Positions 39,580-48,286 of a stretch of DNA of 64,000 nt are shown here, piece by piece. The stretch covers positions 1 through 64,000 of the forward strand of contig JBGPIA010000003.1 of assembly GCA_041484665.1 (NCBI GenBank), given 5' to 3'. This stretch comes from Candidatus Krumholzibacteriia bacterium (GTDB lineage: Bacteria; Krumholzibacteriota; Krumholzibacteriia; JAJRXK01). Every line of letters begins with the position of its first letter. Position 1 is the first letter of the stretch. A program made the position numbers and the translations under genes. The notes under the pieces are model-generated. The model saw nothing but the letters and a program-made list of their open reading frames with translations. It did no database searches and was not told the DNA's origin.

Positions 39580-40952
39580 GGTGAGCCTCCCCGGCGCCGC
39601 AGCACCGCCGCGAACGACCCATCGGTCCCGTGGCGGTGCGGCCAGGTGCGCAGGCGCCCACCATCGACCACCGCCGAGGGGGCGAGCCCGTCGGCGCCCG
39701 TCTCCTCCACGTCGGAGCGCCGCGCCCGCAGCGCGTCCACCACGTCATCGTTCTCCTCCCGCTCCAACGAGCAGGTCGCGTACACGATCGTCCCCCCCGG
39801 GCGTGTCAGCTCGACGGCCGCCTCGAGCAGCGCCAGCTGCAAGCGCGGCAGCCGCAGCAGGTCCTCCGGCGTGCGTCGCCAGCGCGCTTCGTAGCGCCGG
39901 GAGAGCACGCCGGTCCCCGTGCACGGCGCGTCCACCAGCACGGCGTCATAGCCGCCGTGCAGCGGAGCCTGCCGGCCGTCGGCCGCCACCGCACAGATCG
40001 AGCGCGCCCCCATGCGGGCCGCGCCCGCGACCAGCCGGCGCAGCCGCCGCGGCGAGCGATCGAGGGCGACGATCAGGGCCGCGTCCGCCGTAAGCCCGGC
40101 CAGGTGCGTGCACTTGCCACCTGGAGCCGCGCAGAGGTCGAGGATCCGGTGCGGCTGCGCTGCGGTCAAGAGCGGCGCCACCAGCTGGGCCGCCTCGTCC
40201 TGGATGGCGGCGTCGCGCCCGGCCTGCTCCAGCGCCAGCGGTGCGGGTACGCGCGTCACGACCTCGAGCGCATCGGGACCCCACGGTAACAGCCGCGTTT
40301 CCCATTCGAGGGCGGCCAAGCGTCGGGCGACCTGCTCGCGCTTGGTGTGCGGGGCGCGCAGCGTGAGCGGCGCACGGTGGTTGTTCGTGTCGCACAGCGC
40401 CACCACCTCGGAGACCGGCAGCACGTGGGACCAGCGCTCCACGAGCCAGGCCGGATGGCTCAGCCAGAGGCGGGCGTGGCCCAGCGGATCGGCCTGCGGG
40501 TCGGGGAAGCCCGCGTGCACACCTTCGGAGGCGACCCTGCGCAGGAGCCCGTTGACGAAGCCCGCGGCGTGGGCCGCGCCCATCCGCCGCGCGCAGGCCA
40601 CCGCCTGGTCCACCACGGCGTAGGCCGGCGCGTCGTGCTCGCAGAGCTCGTGGAGGGCAACCCACAGGATCGCGCGCACTCTGGGCTGGATCTCGGCCGG
40701 GCGGCGTGCGTAGCGCTGCAGGATGGCGTCATAGCGCCCGCGCAGCCGCACGGCGCCGAACACCAGCTCGCGCACGCGGCGGCGGCGCACGTAGGGCCAG
40801 CGAGCAGGCGAGGCGCCCGGGCCCGCCTCGAAGCCCGCCACCAGCCCGCCGACCGGCGCTGCGGACAGGGCCCACCGCGCCAGTAAGTGGGCGGCCGCCA
40901 GACGCGCAGGATCGACCTCCGCGCGGCCCGAGCGTCCCGGTGCCCCACTCAA
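39576..40952 (-). CDS. rsmB: 16S rRNA m5C967 methyltransferase (NusB-like + RsmB)
   Basis: GFVNGLLR, SHPAWL, IQDEAA, DLCAAPGGK, DAPCTGTG, YATCS. TTG start inferred. Confidence 0.94.
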   Translation of the reverse strand: MSGAPGRSGRAEVDPARLAAAHLLARWALSAAPVGGLVAGFEAGPGASPARWPYVRRRRVRELVFGAVRLRGRYDAILQRYARRPAEIQPRVRAILWVALHELCEHDAPAYAVVDQAVACARRMGAAHAAGFVNGLLRRVASEGVHAGFPDPQADPLGHARLWLSHPAWLVERWSHVLPVSEVVALCDTNNHRAPLTLRAPHTKREQVARRLAALEWETRLLPWGPDALEVVTRVPAPLALEQAGRDAAIQDEAAQLVAPLLTAAQPHRILDLCAAPGGKCTHLAGLTADAALIVALDRSPRRLRRLVAGAARMGARSICAVAADGRQAPLHGGYDAVLVDAPCTGTGVLSRRYEARWRRTPEDLLRLPRLQLALLEAAVELTRPGGTIVYATCSLEREENDDVVDALRARRSDVEETGADGLAPSAVVDGGRLRTWPHRHGTDGSFAAVLRRRGGSP

Positions 40953-41923
40953 CGCCACCCCTCCGACGAAGGCGGGAGCGGCCGCAGCACATCGCCCGGT
41001 TGCAGGCCGTGGCCGCGCGCGTAGCTGGCCGGGTCCATCCAGCGTCCGCCCTCCGGCTGCACCTGACCGATGCGCACAGACCCATCGCCGCAAGCGACGT
41101 CCATGCCTGCGGCGTCCAGCTGCAACACGGTCCCCGGCGCTGCGTCTTGGCGCGACGGGGTGAGCGGTGCCCGCAGGCGGCGGGTGTGGGCCAGCCCCAG
41201 TCGGTGCACGCCGTGAAGCGCGGTGGCGCGCGGCCACGGATGCAGTGCGCGCACGGTGTCGTGCACGCGCTGTGCGCTCCAGGCGAAGTCGACGGTGCCC
41301 TCCGCCTTGCGCAGCGGCGGCGCATGCGTCACTCCCGCCTGGGACTGCGGCGTCGGCGCCAGGGTGCCCGCCGCCAGCCCCTCCAGCGTGCGGACCAACA
41401 GCAGCGCGCCCAGCGCGGCGAGCCGTTCGTTGAGCTCTCCCGCGGTCTCGTCCTCGCCGATGGGCGCTGGCTGCGCGAGGTAGATGGGACCGGTGTCCAG
41501 GCCGGCCTCCAGCCGCATGGTCGTCACGCCGGTGATGCGGTCCCCGGCCAGGATGGCGCGCTGGATCGGCGCGGCGCCGCGCCAGCGCGGCAGGAGCGAG
41601 GCGTGGACGTTCAGACAGCCCAGCGGCGGCGACGACAAGAGGGGCTCGCGCACCAGATGGCCGAACGCCACCACCACGACGCAGTCGGGCGCGAGCTCCA
41701 GGATGCGCTGATAGGTCGGCGTGCGGGCGCCGCGCTCCAGCATGGCGACGGGCAGGCCGCGCGCGGCGGCCAAGGCCTTCACCGGCGTGGGCGAGGGCTG
41801 CTGGCCCCGTCCGCGCGGTTTGTCCGGTTGGGTGACCACCAGCGCCAGTTCGTGTCCGGCTGCCAACAGCGCTCGCAGCGATGGGCAGGCGAACTCCGGA
41901 GTACCGAGCAACACCAGGCGCAC
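40949..41923 (-). CDS. fmt: Methionyl-tRNA formyltransferase
   Basis: GTPEFA, TQPDKPRGRG, NVHASLLPRWRGAAPI, LDTG. Confidence 0.97.
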   Translation of the reverse strand: MRLVLLGTPEFACPSLRALLAAGHELALVVTQPDKPRGRGQQPSPTPVKALAAARGLPVAMLERGARTPTYQRILELAPDCVVVVAFGHLVREPLLSSPPLGCLNVHASLLPRWRGAAPIQRAILAGDRITGVTTMRLEAGLDTGPIYLAQPAPIGEDETAGELNERLAALGALLLVRTLEGLAAGTLAPTPQSQAGVTHAPPLRKAEGTVDFAWSAQRVHDTVRALHPWPRATALHGVHRLGLAHTRRLRAPLTPSRQDAAPGTVLQLDAAGMDVACGDGSVRIGQVQPEGGRWMDPASYARGHGLQPGDVLRPLPPSSEGWR

Positions 41924-41934
41924 GGAAGCGCCGC

Positions 41935-42453
41935 TCAGGCCGGCTGGGCGCGGCGCGCCAGCTCCCGCAGCTTCTTGGCCAGGAGCTTGCGGCGGACCAG
42001 ACCCAGGTGATCGACGAACAACACGCCGTCGAGATGGTCGGCCTCGTGCTGGACAATGCGGGCCAGCAGCCCGTCGTCGGCGAGCAGCTGCTCGCGCCCC
42101 TGCAGATCCTGGTAGCAGACGCGGACGCGCGCCGGCCTGTCGACGTCGGCCGTGATACCCGGCAAGCTCAGGCAGCCCTCGTTGAAGGTGGCGCGCTCGA
42201 GGCTGCGGAACACGATCTCGGGGTTCACCAGCGGCAGCACCGTGGCCAACGGGCCGCGCCGGTCGCGCGCCACGATCAGGCGCAGGTCGTGCCCCACCTG
42301 GGGCGCCGCGAGGCCGATGCCGTTCTGGTGGGTCATGGCGGCGATCATGCCGTCGACCAGCTGCGACAGGACGCCGTCGAACTGCTCCACCGGCCGGCAG
42401 CGCACGCGCAGGCGCGGATCGCCGTAGAGGAGGATCTCGGGGTCGTCCGCCAT
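41935..42453 (-). CDS. def: Peptide deformylase
   Basis: GIGLAAPQ, EGCLS, QHEADHLDG. Confidence 0.97.
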   Translation of the reverse strand: MADDPEILLYGDPRLRVRCRPVEQFDGVLSQLVDGMIAAMTHQNGIGLAAPQVGHDLRLIVARDRRGPLATVLPLVNPEIVFRSLERATFNEGCLSLPGITADVDRPARVRVCYQDLQGREQLLADDGLLARIVQHEADHLDGVLFVDHLGLVRRKLLAKKLRELARRAQPA

Positions 42454-42469
42454 GGGCCCTTGCCGCGGG

Positions 42470-42889
42470 CTACTCTTCCGCCGCCCGCACCTGCTCGGCG
42501 GCCGTGGCGCCGTTGCCCTTTCCCTGGCGCCTGGGCGCCTCGCCGCGCTTCTCGGGGGCGCCCGGCTTGCTGGTGTCCACGCGCGTCGCGACCGCCGACT
42601 TGGCCAGTTCGACCTTCACGCCGTCGGCGATGGTCGCCACGATCAGGTTGTCCTTCACGTTGAGGACGTTCGCGTACAGTCCGCCGCTGGTCAGGATGCG
42701 GTCCCCTTTCGTGAGGTTGTCGACCATCTTCTGGTGCTCGCGCTGCTTGCGGGCCTGAGGACGGATGAGCAGCAGGTAGAAGATCACCATGATCACGGCG
42801 ATCTGAACCAGCAGCGATACCCCCGGGCTGATCAGGGCGGCCGGGAGGGCGACGAGGGACAGCGAGAGAGGGGAAGCCGCAGGGTTCAC
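42470..42889 (-). CDS. yajC: Preprotein translocase subunit YajC
   Basis: FYLLLIRPQ, L.KGDRILTSGG; follows tgt. Confidence 0.93.
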   Translation of the reverse strand: MNPAASPLSLSLVALPAALISPGVSLLVQIAVIMVIFYLLLIRPQARKQREHQKMVDNLTKGDRILTSGGLYANVLNVKDNLIVATIADGVKVELAKSAVATRVDTSKPGAPEKRGEAPRRQGKGNGATAAEQVRAAEE

Positions 42890-43036
42890 GGATCTCTCCA
42901 GAAGTCGAGGGGACACCGGGTGCAGCCAGTCTAAACGCGCCGGCGAGCCCCAGCAAGGCCGGCCACAGCAACGCCGGCGCCGCGTGCAGGCCGCGCGCGG
43001 CTGGCGCCCGCGGCCAGACTCCAGGGTGGTTGCGGG

Positions 43037-44203
43037 CTATGCCCAAGGCGTGCTCCCGGCCGCCCACTTTGCGAGGAACTCCCGCGCGAACGCAGCCAGC
43101 TGCCGCTGCTCCACGGCCGCGCGGATCTCCGCCATCAGGTCCTGGTAGAACGTCACGTTGTGCACGGTGCACAGGACGCTGGCCAGGATCTCCCCCGCCA
43201 TGACGAGGTGGCGCAGATAGGCGCGGGAGAAGCGGGCGCAGGCCTCGCACCGGCAGCGCGCATCGAGTGGGCGGGGATCGTCAGCGAAACGGCGGTTGCG
43301 CAGCGGGAGGCGGCCCTCGCGCGTCAGCGCGGTGCCATTGCGCGCCATGCGCGTGGGCAGGACGCAGTCGAACAGGTCCACGCCCGCCGCCACGGCCGCC
43401 AGGATGTCCTCGGGGAATCCCACGCCCATCAGATAGCGGGGCTTGGCCTGCGGCAACAGTGGCGCCGTGATCGCCACGGCCCCCTGCATCTGCTCCTTCG
43501 TCTCGCCGACTGAGAGCCCGCCGATGGCGTAGCCGGGCAGATCCAGCTCGATCAGGGCCGCGGCGCTGCGGCTCCGCAGGGAGGCATCCAGGCCGCCCTG
43601 CACGATGCCGAACAGCACCTGCTCGTGGCCCGCGGGGTGGCGCCGGCGCGCGCCGAAGGCGTCGAGGCTGCGGCGTGCCCAGGCCGTGGTCCGCTCCACG
43701 GCGAGGGCGACCTCGCCCTGTGCGGCGGGCAGTGCCGGGCAGTGGTCGAACGCCATCACCACGTCGGCCCCCAGGGCGCGCTGCACCTCCATGGCCAGAT
43801 CGGCGGTGAAGCGGTGGGTGCTGCCGTCGAGATGGCTGCGAAAGGTCACCCCCTCCTGGTCCAGCGTGCGCAGGTCCGCCAGCGAGAACACCTGGTAGCC
43901 CCCGCTATCGGTCAGCATCGCCCCGTCCCAACCCATGAACCGGTGCAGGCCACCCAGGCGCGCGATGCGCTCGTGGCCCGGGCGCAGGTACAGGTGGTAG
44001 GTGTTCGCGAGCACCATGCGCGCGCCGGTGGCCGCAACCTGGGCGGGCGTGAGCGCCTTGACCGCCGCGGCGGTGCCCACGGGCATGAAGGCGGGCGTGT
44101 CGATCACGCCGTGTCCGGTGACCAGCCGGCCCCGGCGCGCCGCGCCGTCCTCGCTGCGCACCTGGAAGGAGATCGCCTCCGCCGCCGCGTCGGTCATGGT
44201 CAC
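43037..44203 (-). CDS. tgt: tRNA-guanine transglycosylase
   Basis: TPAFMPVGT, NTYHL, TDSGG, GIVQG, DCVLPTR, CxCxxC...H Zn site. Confidence 0.97.
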   Translation of the reverse strand: MTMTDAAAEAISFQVRSEDGAARRGRLVTGHGVIDTPAFMPVGTAAAVKALTPAQVAATGARMVLANTYHLYLRPGHERIARLGGLHRFMGWDGAMLTDSGGYQVFSLADLRTLDQEGVTFRSHLDGSTHRFTADLAMEVQRALGADVVMAFDHCPALPAAQGEVALAVERTTAWARRSLDAFGARRRHPAGHEQVLFGIVQGGLDASLRSRSAAALIELDLPGYAIGGLSVGETKEQMQGAVAITAPLLPQAKPRYLMGVGFPEDILAAVAAGVDLFDCVLPTRMARNGTALTREGRLPLRNRRFADDPRPLDARCRCEACARFSRAYLRHLVMAGEILASVLCTVHNVTFYQDLMAEIRAAVEQRQLAAFAREFLAKWAAGSTPWA

Positions 44204-45252
44204 GCCTCCACCGCGGGCTCGATCCAGCTGGCGTCGCCGTAGCTGTAGAAGCGGTACGCGCCGGCCACGGCGTGGGCGTAGGCCGCACGCCAGCGCTCCC
44301 CGGCGAATGCCGCCACCAGCATCAAGAGCGAGCTGCGCGGGAGGTGGAAGTTGCTCACCAGCACGTCCACCGCGCGGAAGCGGTATCCCGGCCGGATGAA
44401 CAGCGCCGTTTCGCCGCTCTGTTCGGAGTCGGCGTTCAGGTCCACCGATTCCAGCGCGCGACAGGTCGTCGTGCCGATCGCCACGACGCGCCCGCCGCGC
44501 GCCCGCCGCTCGCGGATCGCGCGCAGCACTAAGGCGGCGACGGCGTAGCGCTCGGGGTGCAGCACGCCCTTGGTGAGCTGCTCTTCCTCCACCGGGCGGA
44601 ACGTGCCGGGTCCCACGTGCAGGGTGACCTTGGCCACGGCCGCGCCCGTCGACTCGATGCGTTGGAGCAGCGCCCCGTCCAAGTGCAGGCCCGCGGTCGG
44701 CGCGGCGATCGAGCCATCCTCACGGGCGTACACCGTCTGGTAACGGCTGCGGTCCTGCGCGTCGTCCGCGCGGCAGATGTATGGTGGCAGCGGCACGTGC
44801 CCATGGCGCCGGGCGTGCTCCAGCGGATCCACGCCCGCAGGGAAACGCACCACGCGGTGGCCGTCGCGCAGCACCGCGGCGACCTCGATCTCCACGTCCC
44901 CTTCCAGCCGCGCGCGAGCCCCGGCACGCATCCGGCGGCCTGGGCGCACGAGCGCGCTCCAGGCGAGCGGGCCGGCGGCGTCGTGGGGCGCCACCAGCAG
45001 CACCTCCGCGCTAGCGCCCGAGGGCTGCGCGCGCCCGAGCAGCCGCGCCGGGAAAACACGCGTGTCGTTGACGACCAGCAGGTCGGCCGGCTGCAGCAGG
45101 CGCGGCAGATCGGCCACGGCGGCGTCGCGCAGGCCGCCGTTGGCGGCCCACACCAACAGCCGCGCGGCGCTGCGATCGGGGAGGGGGCGCTGCGCGATGA
45201 GCGCGGGCGGGAGTGCGTACTCGAAGGCGGATAGCGCGGCGGTGACGTCCAT
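44200..45252 (-). CDS. queA: S-adenosylmethionine:tRNA ribosyltransferase-isomerase
   Basis: LIAQRP, NDTRVFPARL, PLPPYI, YQTVYA, AAPTAGLH, NFHLP, FYSYGD. Confidence 0.97.
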   Translation of the reverse strand: MDVTAALSAFEYALPPALIAQRPLPDRSAARLLVWAANGGLRDAAVADLPRLLQPADLLVVNDTRVFPARLLGRAQPSGASAEVLLVAPHDAAGPLAWSALVRPGRRMRAGARARLEGDVEIEVAAVLRDGHRVVRFPAGVDPLEHARRHGHVPLPPYICRADDAQDRSRYQTVYAREDGSIAAPTAGLHLDGALLQRIESTGAAVAKVTLHVGPGTFRPVEEEQLTKGVLHPERYAVAALVLRAIRERRARGGRVVAIGTTTCRALESVDLNADSEQSGETALFIRPGYRFRAVDVLVSNFHLPRSSLLMLVAAFAGERWRAAYAHAVAGAYRFYSYGDASWIEPAVEA

Positions 45253-46283
45253 CAAAGCAGGGGCGCTTGCAGGCTCGCAGGCCGCGGCAGCTCCAGGTGC
45301 TCGAAGGCGCGGCGCGTAGCCATCCGCCCCCGCGGCGTGCGCTGCACGAACCCCTCTTGGATGAGGTAGGGCTCGACGACGTCCTGCAGCGTGTCGGTCT
45401 CCTCGCCCAGGCTGGTCGCCAGGTTGGAGAGCCCCACCGGACCGCCGTCGAACGTTGCGGCAAGGCAGCGCAGGTAGGAGCGGTCCAGCGGCTCCAGCCC
45501 CAGCTCGTCCACCTCCAGCAGTTGCAGGGCGCGCCGCGTCACCACCAGATCGACGGCGGGTTGCCCCTCGACCTGTGCGACGTCGCGCACCCGGCGAAGC
45601 AGCCGGTTGGCCACGCGCGGTGTCCCGCGGCTGCGCTCGGCGATCTCGGTCGCGGCCGCCGGCGCGAGGTCCATGTCCATCAGCTGCGCGCTGCGCTTGA
45701 CGATCATCGTCAGCTCGTCGGCCGGGTAGAAGTCCAGGTGGAGCACGATGCCGAAGCGACTGCGCAATGCCGGCGTCACCAGCCCCGCCCGCGTCGTCGC
45801 GCCGATGAGGGTGAACGGCTCGAGCTTGAGCTGGTAGTGGCGCGCGGCGGGTCCCTTGTCCACCACCAGCTCCACCCGCCAATCCTCCATCGCCGGATAG
45901 AGGTGCTCCTCCACCACGCGGCTGAGCCGGTGGATCTCGTCGATGAACAGGCACTGGTGCTGCTGGTCGCGCGCCAGGATCGATAGGAGCTGCGCGCCGT
46001 TCTGGAACGCCGGCCCGCTGGTCAGGCGCAGCTCCGCGTCCATCTCCCGCGCGACGATCGTCGCCAGCGTGGTCTTGCCCAGCCCCGGCGGGCCGTGGAG
46101 CAGCAGGTGGTCCAGCGGCTCGCCGCGCCCGCGCGCCGCCTGGATGAAGGTGGCCAACTGCCGCTTGATGCGGTTCTGTCCGATGAACTCCGCCAGCCGC
46201 CGCGGCCGCAGCGACCCTTCGTCGGCAGTCTCCACGGGGTCCGGGTCGGGCCGCGGGTCGGTGATGCGCTGGCGTGGATCCAT
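45252..46283 (-). CDS. ruvB: Holliday junction helicase RuvB
   Basis: LRP..L.EFIGQ, GPPGLGKTT, DEIHRL, SRGTPR, EPYLIQ. Confidence 0.98.
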   Translation of the reverse strand: MDPRQRITDPRPDPDPVETADEGSLRPRRLAEFIGQNRIKRQLATFIQAARGRGEPLDHLLLHGPPGLGKTTLATIVAREMDAELRLTSGPAFQNGAQLLSILARDQQHQCLFIDEIHRLSRVVEEHLYPAMEDWRVELVVDKGPAARHYQLKLEPFTLIGATTRAGLVTPALRSRFGIVLHLDFYPADELTMIVKRSAQLMDMDLAPAAATEIAERSRGTPRVANRLLRRVRDVAQVEGQPAVDLVVTRRALQLLEVDELGLEPLDRSYLRCLAATFDGGPVGLSNLATSLGEETDTLQDVVEPYLIQEGFVQRTPRGRMATRRAFEHLELPRPASLQAPLL

Positions 46284-46347
46284 CAGCGGGCCCTTCCTGG
46301 CGATGGCGGCCGCGCGCGGCGCGCGCGGCCGTGGGAGATTGCGCGGT

Positions 46348-46938
46348 TCAGAATGGAATGCGCTGCAACGCCGCGCGCACGAGCTCCTCCACGCTGCCGT
46401 GCCGCTCTGCGCTTTCCAGTCCCGCGATCGTAACGCGCGCGCGCTCCGGATCCACGCCCATGGCCGCCAGCGCCAGCGCCGCCTCCTCCTCAGGGCCCGC
46501 GGCGGCTGCCGTCACCGCCGCCCGTGGCACCGGGAGCCAGGCGGAGGCTTTGTCGCGCAACTCGACGATCAGGCGCTCCGCGGTCTTGCGCCCGATACCC
46601 TTGATGCGGGTCAGCCGCGCCGGCTCGCCGGCGCGGATCGCCGCGAACGCGTCCTCGGCCTCCTCGTCCCCCAGGATCGACAGGGCGAGCTTGGGGCCGA
46701 TGCCGCTGACGCCGATCAGCAAGCGGAAGAGCTCGCGCTCCTGCGCAATCGGAAAGCCGTAGAGGGAGAGCCCGTCCTCGCGCGAGATCAGGTGGGTGTA
46801 CAGCCGCACCGGCGAGCCTATCGGCGGAAGGCGGCGGCGGGCGCGCTCGGGCACCCACAGCTCATAGCCCACCCCACCCGCCAGCACGATCGTGGGCGGT
46901 CCCGCATCCTCCAGCACGCCCTGGATCAGGGCGTACAC
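46348..46938 (-). CDS. ruvA: Holliday junction protein RuvA
   Basis: GGVGYE, REDGLSLYGF, VSGIGPK, KGIGRKTAER. Confidence 0.96.
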   Translation of the reverse strand: MYALIQGVLEDAGPPTIVLAGGVGYELWVPERARRRLPPIGSPVRLYTHLISREDGLSLYGFPIAQERELFRLLIGVSGIGPKLALSILGDEEAEDAFAAIRAGEPARLTRIKGIGRKTAERLIVELRDKASAWLPVPRAAVTAAAAGPEEEAALALAAMGVDPERARVTIAGLESAERHGSVEELVRAALQRIPF

Positions 46939-47495
46939 CGGCGCACCTCCCTGGGTTTGCGCGCCACGCGTGGCCGCCCGGCCGCCGGCAACTGTGGCGG
47001 TGGCTGCGCGAGCGCCAGCTGCCGGCGCCAGCCGCCGGCGTGGCAGATCGCTACCGCCAGCGCGTCGGTCGCATCCTGCGCCAGCCCCGCGACCGGCAGT
47101 CCCAGGATCCGGCCGACCATACCGGCCACCTGCTGCTTGTCGCGGCGTCCGTGTCCGGTCACCGACATCTTCACCTCGGCGGGCGCGTACTCGGCAATCG
47201 GCAGACCGCGCTGTGCGAGCGCAAGCAGGATCACCCCTCGCGCGTGCGCCAGCACCAGGGCGGACGCGGCGTTGCGCGCGGTGAAGATCCGCTCGATCGC
47301 CGCTTCGTCGCACGGGTAGCGGTCGAGGATCCCGCAAATCGCTCCGTAGAGGCGCTCCAGGCGCTGTGGCAGCGCCTCGCTACGCGGCAGGTCGCACGTC
47401 CCCTGCGCTATGGGACGCAGCACGCTCCCGCGCGCCTCGATCACTCCGAACCCAAGGTGGACGCTGCCCGGGTCGAGGCCGAGGACGATCGTCAT
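46926..47495 (-). CDS. ruvC: Holliday junction resolvase RuvC
   Basis: LGLDPG, AIE..F, ARGV, EY.P..VK, DATDALAVA. Confidence 0.96.
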   Translation of the reverse strand: MTIVLGLDPGSVHLGFGVIEARGSVLRPIAQGTCDLPRSEALPQRLERLYGAICGILDRYPCDEAAIERIFTARNAASALVLAHARGVILLALAQRGLPIAEYAPAEVKMSVTGHGRRDKQQVAGMVGRILGLPVAGLAQDATDALAVAICHAGGWRRQLALAQPPPQLPAAGRPRVARKPREVRRCTP

Positions 47496-48253
47496 CAGAG
47501 CTGGTCCTGCAACTGGGACAGCTCCTCCTCGGATATGTCGGGATTGGCACTCACCGAGGTGGCGTCGTCCATGTCGTCGAGGGCGTTGATCAGGCGCAGC
47601 ACAGCCTCGGCGTCCTTGCCGGCGACCGCGACGGTGGTGTTGGGCAGGGACGTGAGCTCGGCCGACAGCGTGGCGATGCCGGCCAGCTGGAGGCTCTCCG
47701 CCACGTCGTGGAACGCCTCGCGCGGGGTGGTCACCTGGATCTCGCCCTGCTGCGTCTGTACGTCCTCCGCCCCGGCGTCGATCACGACCTCCATCACCCG
47801 CTCCTCGTCGGCGACCTGGGGGTCGATGGTGATCACCCCCTTGCTCTCGAAGAAGCGCGCCGCGCTGCCCGGGCGATCCGCCAGCTTGCCCAGGTAGCGC
47901 GACAGCACGTGGCGCACTTCGGCGGCCGTGCGGTTGGTGTTGTCCGTGACGCAACGGATCAGGATGGCGACGCCCGCGGGGCCGAATGCCTCATAGGTGA
48001 CCTCGGCATAGGTGGCCCCCTCGATCTCGCCGGTGCCGCGCTTGATCGCCCGCTCGATGTTGTCCTTGGGCATGCTGCCGGCCTTGGCGTTCTCGATGGC
48101 CGTGCGCAGGCGGGGGTTGGCCCCCGGGTCGCCGCCGCCGTCGCGCGCCGCCAGCGAGATCTCCTTGCCTAGCCGCGTGAACAGCCGTCCGCGTTTGGCG
48201 TCCGCCGCGCCCTTCTTCCGCTTGATGGTCGCCCATTTCGAATGACCCGACAC
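47495..48253 (-). CDS. yebC: YebC/PmpR family protein
   Basis: SGHSKWATIKRKK, NPRL, YEAFGPAG, TDNTNRT. Confidence 0.96.
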   Translation of the reverse strand: MSGHSKWATIKRKKGAADAKRGRLFTRLGKEISLAARDGGGDPGANPRLRTAIENAKAGSMPKDNIERAIKRGTGEIEGATYAEVTYEAFGPAGVAILIRCVTDNTNRTAAEVRHVLSRYLGKLADRPGSAARFFESKGVITIDPQVADEERVMEVVIDAGAEDVQTQQGEIQVTTPREAFHDVAESLQLAGIATLSAELTSLPNTTVAVAGKDAEAVLRLINALDDMDDATSVSANPDISEEELSQLQDQL

Positions 48254-48286
48254 GACAGAACCTCCCCACCGCATGAGCCGGTGCTC